A stretch of DNA of 24,198 bases from Methanobacteriota archaeon (lineage in GTDB: Archaea; Thermoplasmatota; Poseidoniia; Poseidoniales; Poseidoniaceae): contig JABIGM010000032.1 in assembly GCA_018650165.1 (NCBI GenBank), positions 1 to 24,198 on the forward strand, read 5' to 3'. The stretch's first letter is position 1. Each line of letters begins with the position of its first letter. Of this stretch, positions 1 to 9,077 are shown piece by piece. Made by a program: the position numbers and the translations under genes. Below the pieces are notes generated by a model. The model was not told the origin of the DNA. It searched no databases and saw only the letters and a program-made list of their open reading frames with translations.

Positions 1-3000
1 GATTTCGACCACGAAATAAACTACAACAGTCCATCAGAAGGTGCATATTCTGTTTTTGATGCGATAGGGTATCATAACGTTAATGTTGCAACTTATCAGT
101 TAAATGATAGTGCAGGGAATATTAACAATGCAGCCCTTCCTTGTGGCCTGCAGTTGAATACTGTTTCTGGAAAAATATCTGGAACTCCAACTAATGGATG
201 TACAGACACTGCAAATGAAACATATACGATTACTGTAAATTATGGTGCATCACAATACGCATGGAATAGAACTCAATCATTTGAGGTAACATTCGGAATA
301 AGTCCGGCATTACCTGTAGTGTCATACAACCCTGCTGATACTACACAGATTTACACCAGAGGTGTGGCGATCACACCAATTGCCCCAACTGGAATTACTA
401 ATCCAGCAAACCTGCACCACTTCACTACCTACCCACCTCTACCGGCTGGATTACAGGTTAACAGTACAGGTCATATCTTTGGTACACCTACTGCGAACCA
501 AAGTACTGCAGTCTTCAAGGTGAAGTCATGTAATAGTTGGAATGTATGTAGTGCAGGTGTTCCGTTTACAATTACCATTGACGAACCTGCACCTGTGATT
601 TCATACGCTGATTCAGAGTATGAATTCTTCAAGGATGTACCAATTACACCTGTAGTACCAACCAGTACTGGCGGAGTACCTTCTTCTTGGGAGATTTCTC
701 CAGACCTGCCAACTGGATTGAGTTTGAGAGGAGATGGCGCAATCATCGGAATACCATTCGTGGATTCACCAGCAACCAATTATACAATCTGGGCCAACAA
801 TACCGGTGGTTCAGGAACTGTTGTTTTGGAGATTACTGTAAATGGAACTGGAGTATTCATTACATACCCATACAATACTGCTGAACTAGCACAGTACTCC
901 CCAATGATGGCTTTATACCCATCAACATCGGGTGCTGCTGTTGTATCATGGTCTATCGAGCCGACACTACCTAGTGGCGTATTCTTTGGAACAAGCAACG
1001 GTACGATTTACGGTACACCAAACACCCTTACTGATTCAACAGTGTACACAATCAATGCATCCGGAGTCGAGGATTATGGTACTGCAACAGTTACATTGTC
1101 TGTTCTGCTGGATACCGACCTAGATGGAATACCTGATGTAAATGATGATGACATCGATAACGATGGCTGGTCTAACGTTGATGAAACAAATTGTCAGACC
1201 GATGAGATGGATGAGAACGACTATCCAAGCGATATTGACCAAGATAGAATCTGTGACCTGCTTGATACAAGTGACGACAGAGCAATTATCGTCATTTACA
1301 TGAGTAATAGCGTAGAATTAGCTAATGATTCAGCAATGAACTCATTAATTCCAATTACTGCTGGTGGAGACATCGACACTTGGGAGATTTATCCTGCATT
1401 ACCTCTTGGACTAGAGTTCAATGGAACAATGCCTGGTCGCTCAACTAGTGACACTGGTACAATTTCAGGAACACCTACCGAGTTGAGCCCTGCTACAGTC
1501 TACACGATTTGGGCTAACAACACAAACTCAGGACAGAGTGGTTCATTCCAGATTACATTGAGTGTGTTGCTAGATTCTGATGGTGATGGAACTCCTGATG
1601 TCTATGATGATGACATGGATGGCGACGGATGGTCTAACGAAATGGAGAATCTCTGTGGAGAAGATCCAACAGATGCATCAAGCACTCCTATCGATACCGA
1701 TGGAGATGGATTGTGTAATTACATCGACAGTGATGATGACAATGATTCATTCATTGACACTGAAGAAATCATGTGTAACTCAAATGCTACCGATATTGGT
1801 TCTATTCCAATAGATGCTGATAACGATGGAATCTGTGATGCTTTACAATCTGATAGAGACCTTGATGGATGGGCAGATGGTCCTGAAGAGTCATGTGGTT
1901 CTGACCCAGATGATGCATCTAGTATGCCTACTGATTCAGATGGCGACATGATATGCGATTCACAAGATGACGACCGTGACGGTGACTTTGTCGGAAACAA
2001 CGTTGACGACTTCCCAGATGACCGTTCTGCATCCAAGGATACTGATGGCGATGGTAAGCCTGACTCATTGTCAGGAACATCAACATCAGACCCACCATTG
2101 GATGAAGACTTTGATGACGATAATGACAACTGGAAAGATTACAAGGAATCAGAGTGTGGTACAGACCCACTCGATGAATTTGATTTCCCTACTGACTCTG
2201 ATGGAGATGGCACTTGTGACGCTCTAGAAGACGACACTGATGGTGACGGAGTTGTAGATGCTGATGATGCATTCCCAATGGACCCTGATGAAGATACAGA
2301 TACTGATGGCGACGGCGTCGGTGACAATGCTGACGAAGATGACGATGGAGACAATTGGTCAGATGCTGATGAAGACAGATGTGGTTCTGACGGTCTTGAT
2401 GCAGAAAGTATCCCAGAAAACATAGAAGATGAAACCACCTGTATAACTGTCAAGAATGAATCTAAGGATGATGATGATGATGATGATGATAGCAGCACCT
2501 CCACCATGTGGTGGCTTTGTGTCTGCTTCCCGTTACTATTGCTACTGTTGCTAATCCCACTGATATATTGGTCCAGAGAGAGAGGAGATTCTCTACTAGT
2601 GATGGTTGGAATGAGAAACGGTCCTGAACCTGAACACACAACTGCAAGACCTAACTTTGTCAGTGGAAGTGGAACTAAGAACGATCCATTCGTACTTAAA
2701 CCGGGTCACGTCGAAAACTTTGGTGACAGTTGTGAAAGTAAGGAAACTATCACTATTGCCAACTTAGACCCTGAATCTCTGATCACTATTACAGATATGG
2801 CAACGCATACAAATCGTGGTCGCTTCAATATGGATTCAGTCCTAGTAGAAGGTAACTCTGAAGACAAGGGCAAAGGCTCAATCGTCTTCACATTGAAATT
2901 TGATGACAATGTCACTGAAGACGATGTTAGTGGAGTTTACAACGGACAAATCAGAATTGGTAGTGCTTCGGTCTACATCAATTGGGAAGTCAAAGTTGGA

Positions 3001-3738
3001 GACCCTGAGGCCGATGAACTAGCAGAAGCAGATAGGAGAGCCAAAGAATTGAAGGCTCAAGAAGACGCTGAGAGGAAAGCTATCAAGGAAGCCGAAGAAA
3101 AGGACAAGGCTGACAAGAAGGCTGCTGACAAAATGGCAAAGGCTAGTGCTGAAAAGGAAGCCACTGACAAGAAAATCAAAGAGGCTGAAGAGAAGGCTGA
3201 AGCAAAGGCTAGTGCTGAAAAGGAAGCCGCTGACAAGAAAATCAAAGAGGCTGAAGAGAAGGCCGCCGCTGCTGAAGCAAAGGCTGCTGCTGCGGAAGAT
3301 AAAGCTGCATCTGAAAAGAAGGCTCGAGAAAATGCTGAAGATTCTGCACGAGTTGTTGCAGAACAGGCTGCTAAGGAACGTCTTGAACAAATGGATAAGG
3401 AAATGGAAGAGCGCCGTAAGAAGCTCGATGAAATGGATGAGGCCACTCGTAAGAAAGAGGAAGAACTCCTACGTATTTCTGAAAAAGCTAAGACCATCGA
3501 TTTCGCTACAATTGGTGTTGCTACATCCGATGAAAAGGATGATCTACAACGTATCAAGGGAGTTGGACCTTTCATCGAGGATAAGTTGAATGCTCTTGGA
3601 ATCTACACTTTCGAGCAAGTTGGAAACATGACTTCAGAAATTGAAGAACAAGTTAACATCGCTATCGAATTCTTCCCAGGAAGAATCAAGAGAGACAAGT
3701 GGGCTAAGCAAGCAAAGAAATTCGCTGACCAAAAGTGA
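1..3738 (+). CDS. Giant membrane-anchored surface protein, 5'-truncated: putative Ig (He_PIG-like) domains, TSP3-like Ca-binding repeats, single TM helix, coiled coil, C-terminal HhH domain
   Basis: Frame +1 is open from base 1 (DFDHEINYNS...), so the listed start at 154 is not the true start. Five LPxGL..G.I.GxP Ig-like motifs; DxDxDG repeats; hydrophobic segment MWWLCVCFPLLLLLLLIPLIYW (2506-2571); E/K/A-rich coiled coil (~3010-3490); DDLQRIKGVGPFIEDKLNALGIYTFEQVG HhH-type domain from ~3538. Confidence 0.9.
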   Translation, partial: DFDHEINYNSPSEGAYSVFDAIGYHNVNVATYQLNDSAGNINNAALPCGLQLNTVSGKISGTPTNGCTDTANETYTITVNYGASQYAWNRTQSFEVTFGISPALPVVSYNPADTTQIYTRGVAITPIAPTGITNPANLHHFTTYPPLPAGLQVNSTGHIFGTPTANQSTAVFKVKSCNSWNVCSAGVPFTITIDEPAPVISYADSEYEFFKDVPITPVVPTSTGGVPSSWEISPDLPTGLSLRGDGAIIGIPFVDSPATNYTIWANNTGGSGTVVLEITVNGTGVFITYPYNTAELAQYSPMMALYPSTSGAAVVSWSIEPTLPSGVFFGTSNGTIYGTPNTLTDSTVYTINASGVEDYGTATVTLSVLLDTDLDGIPDVNDDDIDNDGWSNVDETNCQTDEMDENDYPSDIDQDRICDLLDTSDDRAIIVIYMSNSVELANDSAMNSLIPITAGGDIDTWEIYPALPLGLEFNGTMPGRSTSDTGTISGTPTELSPATVYTIWANNTNSGQSGSFQITLSVLLDSDGDGTPDVYDDDMDGDGWSNEMENLCGEDPTDASSTPIDTDGDGLCNYIDSDDDNDSFIDTEEIMCNSNATDIGSIPIDADNDGICDALQSDRDLDGWADGPEESCGSDPDDASSMPTDSDGDMICDSQDDDRDGDFVGNNVDDFPDDRSASKDTDGDGKPDSLSGTSTSDPPLDEDFDDDNDNWKDYKESECGTDPLDEFDFPTDSDGDGTCDALEDDTDGDGVVDADDAFPMDPDEDTDTDGDGVGDNADEDDDGDNWSDADEDRCGSDGLDAESIPENIEDETTCITVKNESKDDDDDDDDSSTSTMWWLCVCFPLLLLLLLIPLIYWSRERGDSLLVMVGMRNGPEPEHTTARPNFVSGSGTKNDPFVLKPGHVENFGDSCESKETITIANLDPESLITITDMATHTNRGRFNMDSVLVEGNSEDKGKGSIVFTLKFDDNVTEDDVSGVYNGQIRIGSASVYINWEVKVGDPEADELAEADRRAKELKAQEDAERKAIKEAEEKDKADKKAADKMAKASAEKEATDKKIKEAEEKAEAKASAEKEAADKKIKEAEEKAAAAEAKAAAAEDKAASEKKARENAEDSARVVAEQAAKERLEQMDKEMEERRKKLDEMDEATRKKEEELLRISEKAKTIDFATIGVATSDEKDDLQRIKGVGPFIEDKLNALGIYTFEQVGNMTSEIEEQVNIAIEFFPGRIKRDKWAKQAKKFADQK
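1144..2442 (+). repeat. Six copies of a 40-aa Asp-rich TSP3-like unit with invariant Cys at positions 17 and 37
   Basis: Units start at 1144, 1606, 1726, 1846, 2107 and 2332 (the last reaches Cys37 at 2442). Approximate consensus DDDxDxDGW.D.E..C..D..D....P.D.D.D..C, aligned by hand. Confidence 0.85.
2467..2490 (+). repeat. (GAT)8 trinucleotide tract encoding poly-Asp just before the TM helix
   Basis: Eight consecutive GAT codons, in SKDDDDDDDDSS. Confidence 0.95.
3136..3267 (+). repeat. 66-bp in-frame tandem duplication (22 aa) within the coiled coil
   Basis: 3136-3201 and 3202-3267 encode AKASAEKEATDKKIKEAEEKAE and AKASAEKEAADKKIKEAEEKAA; 4 nucleotide differences, 3 of them in the last 4 bases. 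Confidence 0.95.
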
Positions 3739-5036
3739 AACTTATGGCATTAATTTCAGATTTGCTTGACTACTTGGATAGCTTGCCATTCAGTGCCAAG
3801 GTCATTTTGTGCATACTAGGGACAGCGCTTGCCTTAATCGGTACTAAGTATGTCCTAATCAGGCCATGGAAGGAGATTGTAAAAGGCAGTTCTGCAGGAT
3901 GGGATGACAAATTACTCGGGCCGCTTGCAGTCAGATTAAATCTGTTTATTCTAGCAGCAGGTGGTCAAATATCCAGTATTTGGCTAATCGAATCTGATAT
4001 CGACTACAACACGCTACAACCATACTTTGGTGCGAGTTACATCATGATTGCAACCTCGATTTCAAGTGTTTCAGCAAAATACCTGATGCCGGTTATGCTT
4101 GAACAATTTCAGAAAAGGGATGCTGTTACCATTTCGGGAGGAAACCCAATCCTCGTAATTTGTACTCGTGCGACACTTTATTTCATCGGGACATATTTTG
4201 CTCTGATTGAACTTGATATCGATTTGTTTGGCATATTTGCATCATTAACACTAATCTCAATTATACTTGGAATCGCAATGCAGCAAACCATTAGCAACAT
4301 TGCTAATTCATTCTTACTGGCAGTAGACCGTCCCTTCGAAGTTGGAGATCGCATAGAAGTTGGAGAGATAATAGGTACTGTCGTCTCGATTGGTATTCTT
4401 TCTACTAAAGTTCTAAACCACGATGAAAGGTTAGTTATTATTCCAAACAATACTATCGTTTCTTCAGATATTGTCAACCACGCAAGAGGTGGAGGAGAAG
4501 GTATTGCAAGTAGGAAATCGCTTGTAATCGACATAGGAGTGAGTTACGATGAAGATATTGATCATGTCAAATACACACTTCTCAAATTAGCCAGAGAATC
4601 GCCTCATTGTTTGAAAAAACCAGAACCTAGAGTTTTAATCAATGAATTAGATGAATTTACTAAGAATTTCAGATTATTTGCATGGGTTGAAAATTACAAT
4701 ATAGAATTCATCGCAAGAGATTGGATTCTGAAATATATCGATGAAAATTTCAACAGTGAAGGAATATCAATTTCATTCCCAACAGAGGTTGAAATCAAAG
4801 ATGAGGCATCTTCAACTGACCTTGATGGCAAGGCTGAACGCCAACAAATTGCTCGCGAGCAGATGATTCTAGAAGAGCAACGATTCCAAGAAGAAAGAGA
4901 GGCTGCACGTCTGCGCTTGAAAGAACTAGAAAAAGAAATGCTGAAGGCTGAACTATCAGGTGCTAAGGTTTCGGATTTAGAGTTTGAAGCTCAAGCACTT
5001 GAAAGCGAATTAAATGTCTTCGAAAATGAAGGTTGA
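3735..5036 (+). CDS. mscS: MscS-family small-conductance mechanosensitive channel with C-terminal coiled-coil extension
   Basis: N-terminal TM helices; GIAMQQTISNIANSFLLAVDRPFEVGDRIEV, STKVLNHDERLVIIPN and GISISFP motifs. The GTG start overlaps the upstream stop (GTGA); alternative ATG at 3744. Confidence 0.9.
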   Translation: MKLMALISDLLDYLDSLPFSAKVILCILGTALALIGTKYVLIRPWKEIVKGSSAGWDDKLLGPLAVRLNLFILAAGGQISSIWLIESDIDYNTLQPYFGASYIMIATSISSVSAKYLMPVMLEQFQKRDAVTISGGNPILVICTRATLYFIGTYFALIELDIDLFGIFASLTLISIILGIAMQQTISNIANSFLLAVDRPFEVGDRIEVGEIIGTVVSIGILSTKVLNHDERLVIIPNNTIVSSDIVNHARGGGEGIASRKSLVIDIGVSYDEDIDHVKYTLLKLARESPHCLKKPEPRVLINELDEFTKNFRLFAWVENYNIEFIARDWILKYIDENFNSEGISISFPTEVEIKDEASSTDLDGKAERQQIAREQMILEEQRFQEEREAARLRLKELEKEMLKAELSGAKVSDLEFEAQALESELNVFENEG

Positions 5037-5651
5037 CTAGGCATTAGGACCCCTTATCAGGAAAGCCACCCATAATAGCGAAAGCAAGATACCACAAACC
5101 TTGAAGATTCTTGGACCGTTTTTCTCATCACTGAATAATCCAGAAAGGCGTGCACCAAAGAAAGTCCAAGCGATCATTGCAGCAATGCAGATACTCAATG
5201 TAACAGCGATAATCGATAAGATACCAACAACTCCACCGCCTAATGGTTCAATGTATTGACTCATTATCAGGATGACGAAGGCCCATTCTTTACCGTTAAC
5301 GAATTGCATTGCAATACCTGTTTTTAATCCGAGTTTACCTGTAGATTCTGAAACATTGAGAGATGTAACATCAAATTTGAATAGAGCCACAGCCATCGCT
5401 AACAAGAATAACATTCCAATCCAATGAAGGGCGACTAGTGCTGTCTCATTTTCGCTTAATGAATCAATAGCCAATCCTACTGTAAATTCCATTATGAATA
5501 ATCCAATCGCCATCCCGGTGATTAACGAGATGTTACTCTTCCTTCCAAACAGGCCACTGTGAGCGAATGCTGTCAATGCATTTGGGCCGGGAGTAAGTAG
5601 TGCAATAGCGATAATCAGCAACAACTGAAGTAAAGCAGTTGTTGCATCCAT
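5037..5651 (-). CDS. LysE/RhtB-family amino-acid exporter
   Basis: 204 aa, hydrophobic; N-terminal LLTPGPN motif and QFVNGK equivalent of the family NPK motif. Confidence 0.85.
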   Translation of the reverse strand: MDATTALLQLLLIIAIALLTPGPNALTAFAHSGLFGRKSNISLITGMAIGLFIMEFTVGLAIDSLSENETALVALHWIGMLFLLAMAVALFKFDVTSLNVSESTGKLGLKTGIAMQFVNGKEWAFVILIMSQYIEPLGGGVVGILSIIAVTLSICIAAMIAWTFFGARLSGLFSDEKNGPRIFKVCGILLSLLWVAFLIRGPNA

Positions 5652-5711
5652 GATGGCTCGACCCTATCATGATAAATAACAATTCAGCAGGTATCGGCTA
5701 TTAAATGCCAA

Positions 5712-8700
5712 TCACATGTTACGACGATACTGTCCACCAACTGCGAACAGTGCGTCTGTAATTTGGCCTAGTGAGGCAACCTTGGTTGTCTCCATCAATT
5801 CCTCGAATACGTTCCCACCTACTCTTGCAACTTGTTGCAGGCGCTGAAGTGCTTGCTCATCTTTTGGAATCGCTTGAGTTCGCTCAAGACATGCCTGTTT
5901 CTCATCAGGGTTAGCACGGGCAAGTTCCATGTCGAACTCATCTGCAGAGTCCTCATCGAAGTCTTTAGCATTAGGATTTAGGAATGTGTTTACACCAATA
6001 ATTGGTAATGTTCCATCATGCTTGAGATGCTCATAATACATGCTTTCATCTTGGATCTTACCGCGCTGGTACATGGTTTCCATAGCACCAAGAACCCCGC
6101 CTCTACGCGATAGTGCTTCGAATTCTTCGAGTACCGCTTCTTCGACTAAGTCGGTTAATTCCTCTACGATGAATGAACCCTGCATTGGATTCTCTGTCTT
6201 AGTCCATCCACTTTCTTTGTTGACAATCAACTGAATTGCAAGTGCTCTGCGAACCGACTCTTCAGTCGGTGTAGTAATCGCCTCATCGTATGCATTTGTG
6301 TGAAGTGAATTGGCATTGTCCTGAATAGCCAGTAGTGCTTGCAAGGTAGTACGAATATCGTTGAAATCAATCTCTTGTGCGTGAAGACTTCGCCCGCTAG
6401 TCTGAATGTGATACTTGAGTTTCTGGCTTCTCGCATCCGCACCGTACAAGTCACGCATAGTGACCGCCCAGATACGACGAGCAACTCTTCCAATAACGGT
6501 ATACTCAGGGTCTAGGCCGTTTGAGAAGAAGAACGAAAGATTTGGTGCGAATTCTGCAACATCCATTCCTCTGCTTCGATAATACTCAACATAGGTGAAA
6601 CCATTTGCAAGGGTCAAAGCAAGTTGCGTGATTGGGTTTGCTCCAGCTTCTGCTATGTGATATCCTGAAATGGATACCGAGTAATGATTTCGTACACCAT
6701 TATCGATGTAATACTGCTGAACATCCCCCATCATCTTGAGAGCGAATGGGGTTGAGAAAATACAGGTGTTTTGGGCTTGGTCTTCTTTGAGGATGTCAGC
6801 CTGAACTGTTCCTCTAACTGTCTGAAGAGTCTTCGCTTTGATTTCTGCATATGTATCTGCATCGACCATTGCGTCTCCTCTCTTACCGACTGTGGCAAGA
6901 CCGAACCCATCGTGGCCTTCAGGTAAATCTCCACGGTAACCACTCGCATCTGCTTCTAATTGCAGATGCTTCTCGACTTGTTGATCGATTGCTGCATTGA
7001 GATAGAATGCAAGAATAATCGGAGCCGGACCATTTATGGTCATTGATACTGAAGTATTGGCATCACACAAATCAAATCCGGAATAGAGTCGCTTTGCATC
7101 ATCTATGCTAGCGATAGAAACACCTGAATTACCGACCTTACCCCAAATATCTGGGCGACGGTCGGGGTCACGACCATACAGAGTTACACTGTCGAAAGCG
7201 GTTGATAAACGAACATAATCTTGCCCTTGAGAAAGAAGATGGAATCTACGATTGGTTCTCTCTCCTTCTCCTTCCCCAGCGAACATACGAGCACTCAATT
7301 CATCGGTTCGCTTGAAGGGGAAGACTCCTGATGTGAATGGGAAATGCCCTGGTGCATTCTCCCTAGTAATCCAATTGTACATGTCGCCATCATCGGAATA
7401 CTTCGGAAGTGCAACACGAGGAATCATCTGATGAGACAGTGATTCAGTAACTGTTGAGACTGTGAATGGTTTTCCACGAACATAGTATGTGAACTCTCCA
7501 CTGGAATATTGCTCGGCTAAATCTCTGAAATCTGCAACGACTTGGCTCGCTTCTGCAATCTCTTCGCGTAATTCAGCAAGGTGTGCCTCAACTTCACTCT
7601 TAATCGAAGGCAACTCTTTGCTTGCAGTCTCTAGATGCTGCATAGTTCGTAATTTCTCTGCAACACTACCATTTTGTGAATGGTAATCACGTACTACAGA
7701 AGAGATTTCAGATAGATAGTGGACACGTTCAGGAGGAATTACTCCCTTGCGCTCACCGATTATTCCAATCGGTTCACTCGCTTCAAAGCCAACCATTGCG
7801 GAGAGTTTCTGCCAAAGCACATCAACTCCAGGATCTGCGAATTGGCTAGCGATTGTAGCGACTACAGGTAAATCCTCATCTGCATTTTCAAACATGTTTC
7901 TGTTACGACGAACTTGCTTACGAATTGCTCTTAGTGCATCTTCGCTACCTCGCTTTTCATATTTGTTTAAAACAACTAAATCTGCTACGTCAAGCATCTC
8001 GATCTTCTCTAATTGGGTATGAGCACCGAACTCTGCAGTCATAACATATAGCGAGCGGTCAGATACAGTAGTAATTGCATCACTACCTTGTCCGATACCA
8101 CTGGTCTCACAGAAGATTAAATCGAACCCTACTGCCTTTGCTGCCTCGATTGCGCGGTCTAGATTTGCACTTATTTCTGAACCGCTACCACGACTTGCTA
8201 AAGAGCGCATGAAGAGATTGTTATTGGAAAGAGAATTCATTCTAATTCGGTCACCAAGTAGTGCACCGCCAGTTCGCTTACGGGTTGGGTCAACACATAG
8301 CAAACAGATTTTCTTATCCGGATTATCACGAAGAATTCGCAGCATCAGTTCATCGAGAAGACTACTCTTACCCGCACCGCCAGTTCCAGTAAAGCCAATC
8401 ACTGGAACGTCTGCATCACTAGAGCGAACCTTAGCCAAAGTTGCTGCAAAGTCATCAGCACTAGCTGATTCTGAAAGCGTAAGTAATAGCCCAACCTTAG
8501 CCATATCATCTGCTGTAATTGGCCCATCTAGGCTACCTATTCGGTCACTTGTAATCAAGTCAACTTCACTTGCAGTTCCCATCAAATCATGAATCATTCC
8601 CATTAGACCCATCTTACGCCCATCATCGGGAGAATAGATTTTGGAAATGCCGCTCTTGTGTAAATCACGAATTTCGGGAGGTGTGATTGTACCTCCACCT

Positions 8701-9005
8701 CCACCAAAGATGCGAATGTGTTCGCATCCAGCCTCATCCAGAAGTTGGCGGATGTAGGTGAAGTACTCCATATGCCCACCTTGATAACTAGTCAAAGCGA
8801 CCGCATGTGCATCTTCTTGTACTGCACAATCTACTACTTCTTTTGCAGATCTGTCATGTCCAAGGTGAATTACTTCTGCACCGCTGGTTTGAATCAAACG
8901 ACGCATGACGTTTATTGCAGCATCATGACCATCGAATAGGCTTGCTGCTGTGATTACACGGACCGGCCCAGTGCTAGTTTCGAACACAGGCGCCTCCTCC
9001 GACAT
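5712..9005 (-). CDS. icmF: Fused isobutyryl-CoA mutase (B12-binding domain, MeaB-like GTPase, mutase domain)
   Basis: FDGHDAA cobalamin His motif at the N-terminus; P-loop GTGGAGKSS; DRIRMN; ETSGIGQ; NKYE; mutase motifs RMFAGEG, GTVQADILKEDQAQN, SISGYHIAEAG. Start placed at ATG 9005 (MSEEAPVF, 1097 aa) because the longer ORF overlaps the divergent nnr gene. Confidence 0.92.
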   Translation of the reverse strand: MSEEAPVFETSTGPVRVITAASLFDGHDAAINVMRRLIQTSGAEVIHLGHDRSAKEVVDCAVQEDAHAVALTSYQGGHMEYFTYIRQLLDEAGCEHIRIFGGGGGTITPPEIRDLHKSGISKIYSPDDGRKMGLMGMIHDLMGTASEVDLITSDRIGSLDGPITADDMAKVGLLLTLSESASADDFAATLAKVRSSDADVPVIGFTGTGGAGKSSLLDELMLRILRDNPDKKICLLCVDPTRKRTGGALLGDRIRMNSLSNNNLFMRSLASRGSGSEISANLDRAIEAAKAVGFDLIFCETSGIGQGSDAITTVSDRSLYVMTAEFGAHTQLEKIEMLDVADLVVLNKYEKRGSEDALRAIRKQVRRNRNMFENADEDLPVVATIASQFADPGVDVLWQKLSAMVGFEASEPIGIIGERKGVIPPERVHYLSEISSVVRDYHSQNGSVAEKLRTMQHLETASKELPSIKSEVEAHLAELREEIAEASQVVADFRDLAEQYSSGEFTYYVRGKPFTVSTVTESLSHQMIPRVALPKYSDDGDMYNWITRENAPGHFPFTSGVFPFKRTDELSARMFAGEGEGERTNRRFHLLSQGQDYVRLSTAFDSVTLYGRDPDRRPDIWGKVGNSGVSIASIDDAKRLYSGFDLCDANTSVSMTINGPAPIILAFYLNAAIDQQVEKHLQLEADASGYRGDLPEGHDGFGLATVGKRGDAMVDADTYAEIKAKTLQTVRGTVQADILKEDQAQNTCIFSTPFALKMMGDVQQYYIDNGVRNHYSVSISGYHIAEAGANPITQLALTLANGFTYVEYYRSRGMDVAEFAPNLSFFFSNGLDPEYTVIGRVARRIWAVTMRDLYGADARSQKLKYHIQTSGRSLHAQEIDFNDIRTTLQALLAIQDNANSLHTNAYDEAITTPTEESVRRALAIQLIVNKESGWTKTENPMQGSFIVEELTDLVEEAVLEEFEALSRRGGVLGAMETMYQRGKIQDESMYYEHLKHDGTLPIIGVNTFLNPNAKDFDEDSADEFDMELARANPDEKQACLERTQAIPKDEQALQRLQQVARVGGNVFEELMETTKVASLGQITDALFAVGGQYRRNM

Positions 9006-9077
9006 GCTCCTACGGAGCATACATTCATTCATCATCATACCGTTGAAATGAAAAGCCGGGAAGTTAGTGCGAGATGT

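Noticed and set aside
1719-3575. Ser/Phe-rich minus-strand ORFs (1719-2129, 2139-2639, 3019-3390, 3057-3575)
   Set aside because: Antisense shadows of the Asp-rich and Glu/Lys/Ala-rich parts of the giant protein; no recognisable motifs.
5665-5674. 10-bp palindrome TATCATGATA upstream of lysE
   Set aside because: An AT-rich palindrome of this length is expected by chance, and it coincides with the likely TATA region.
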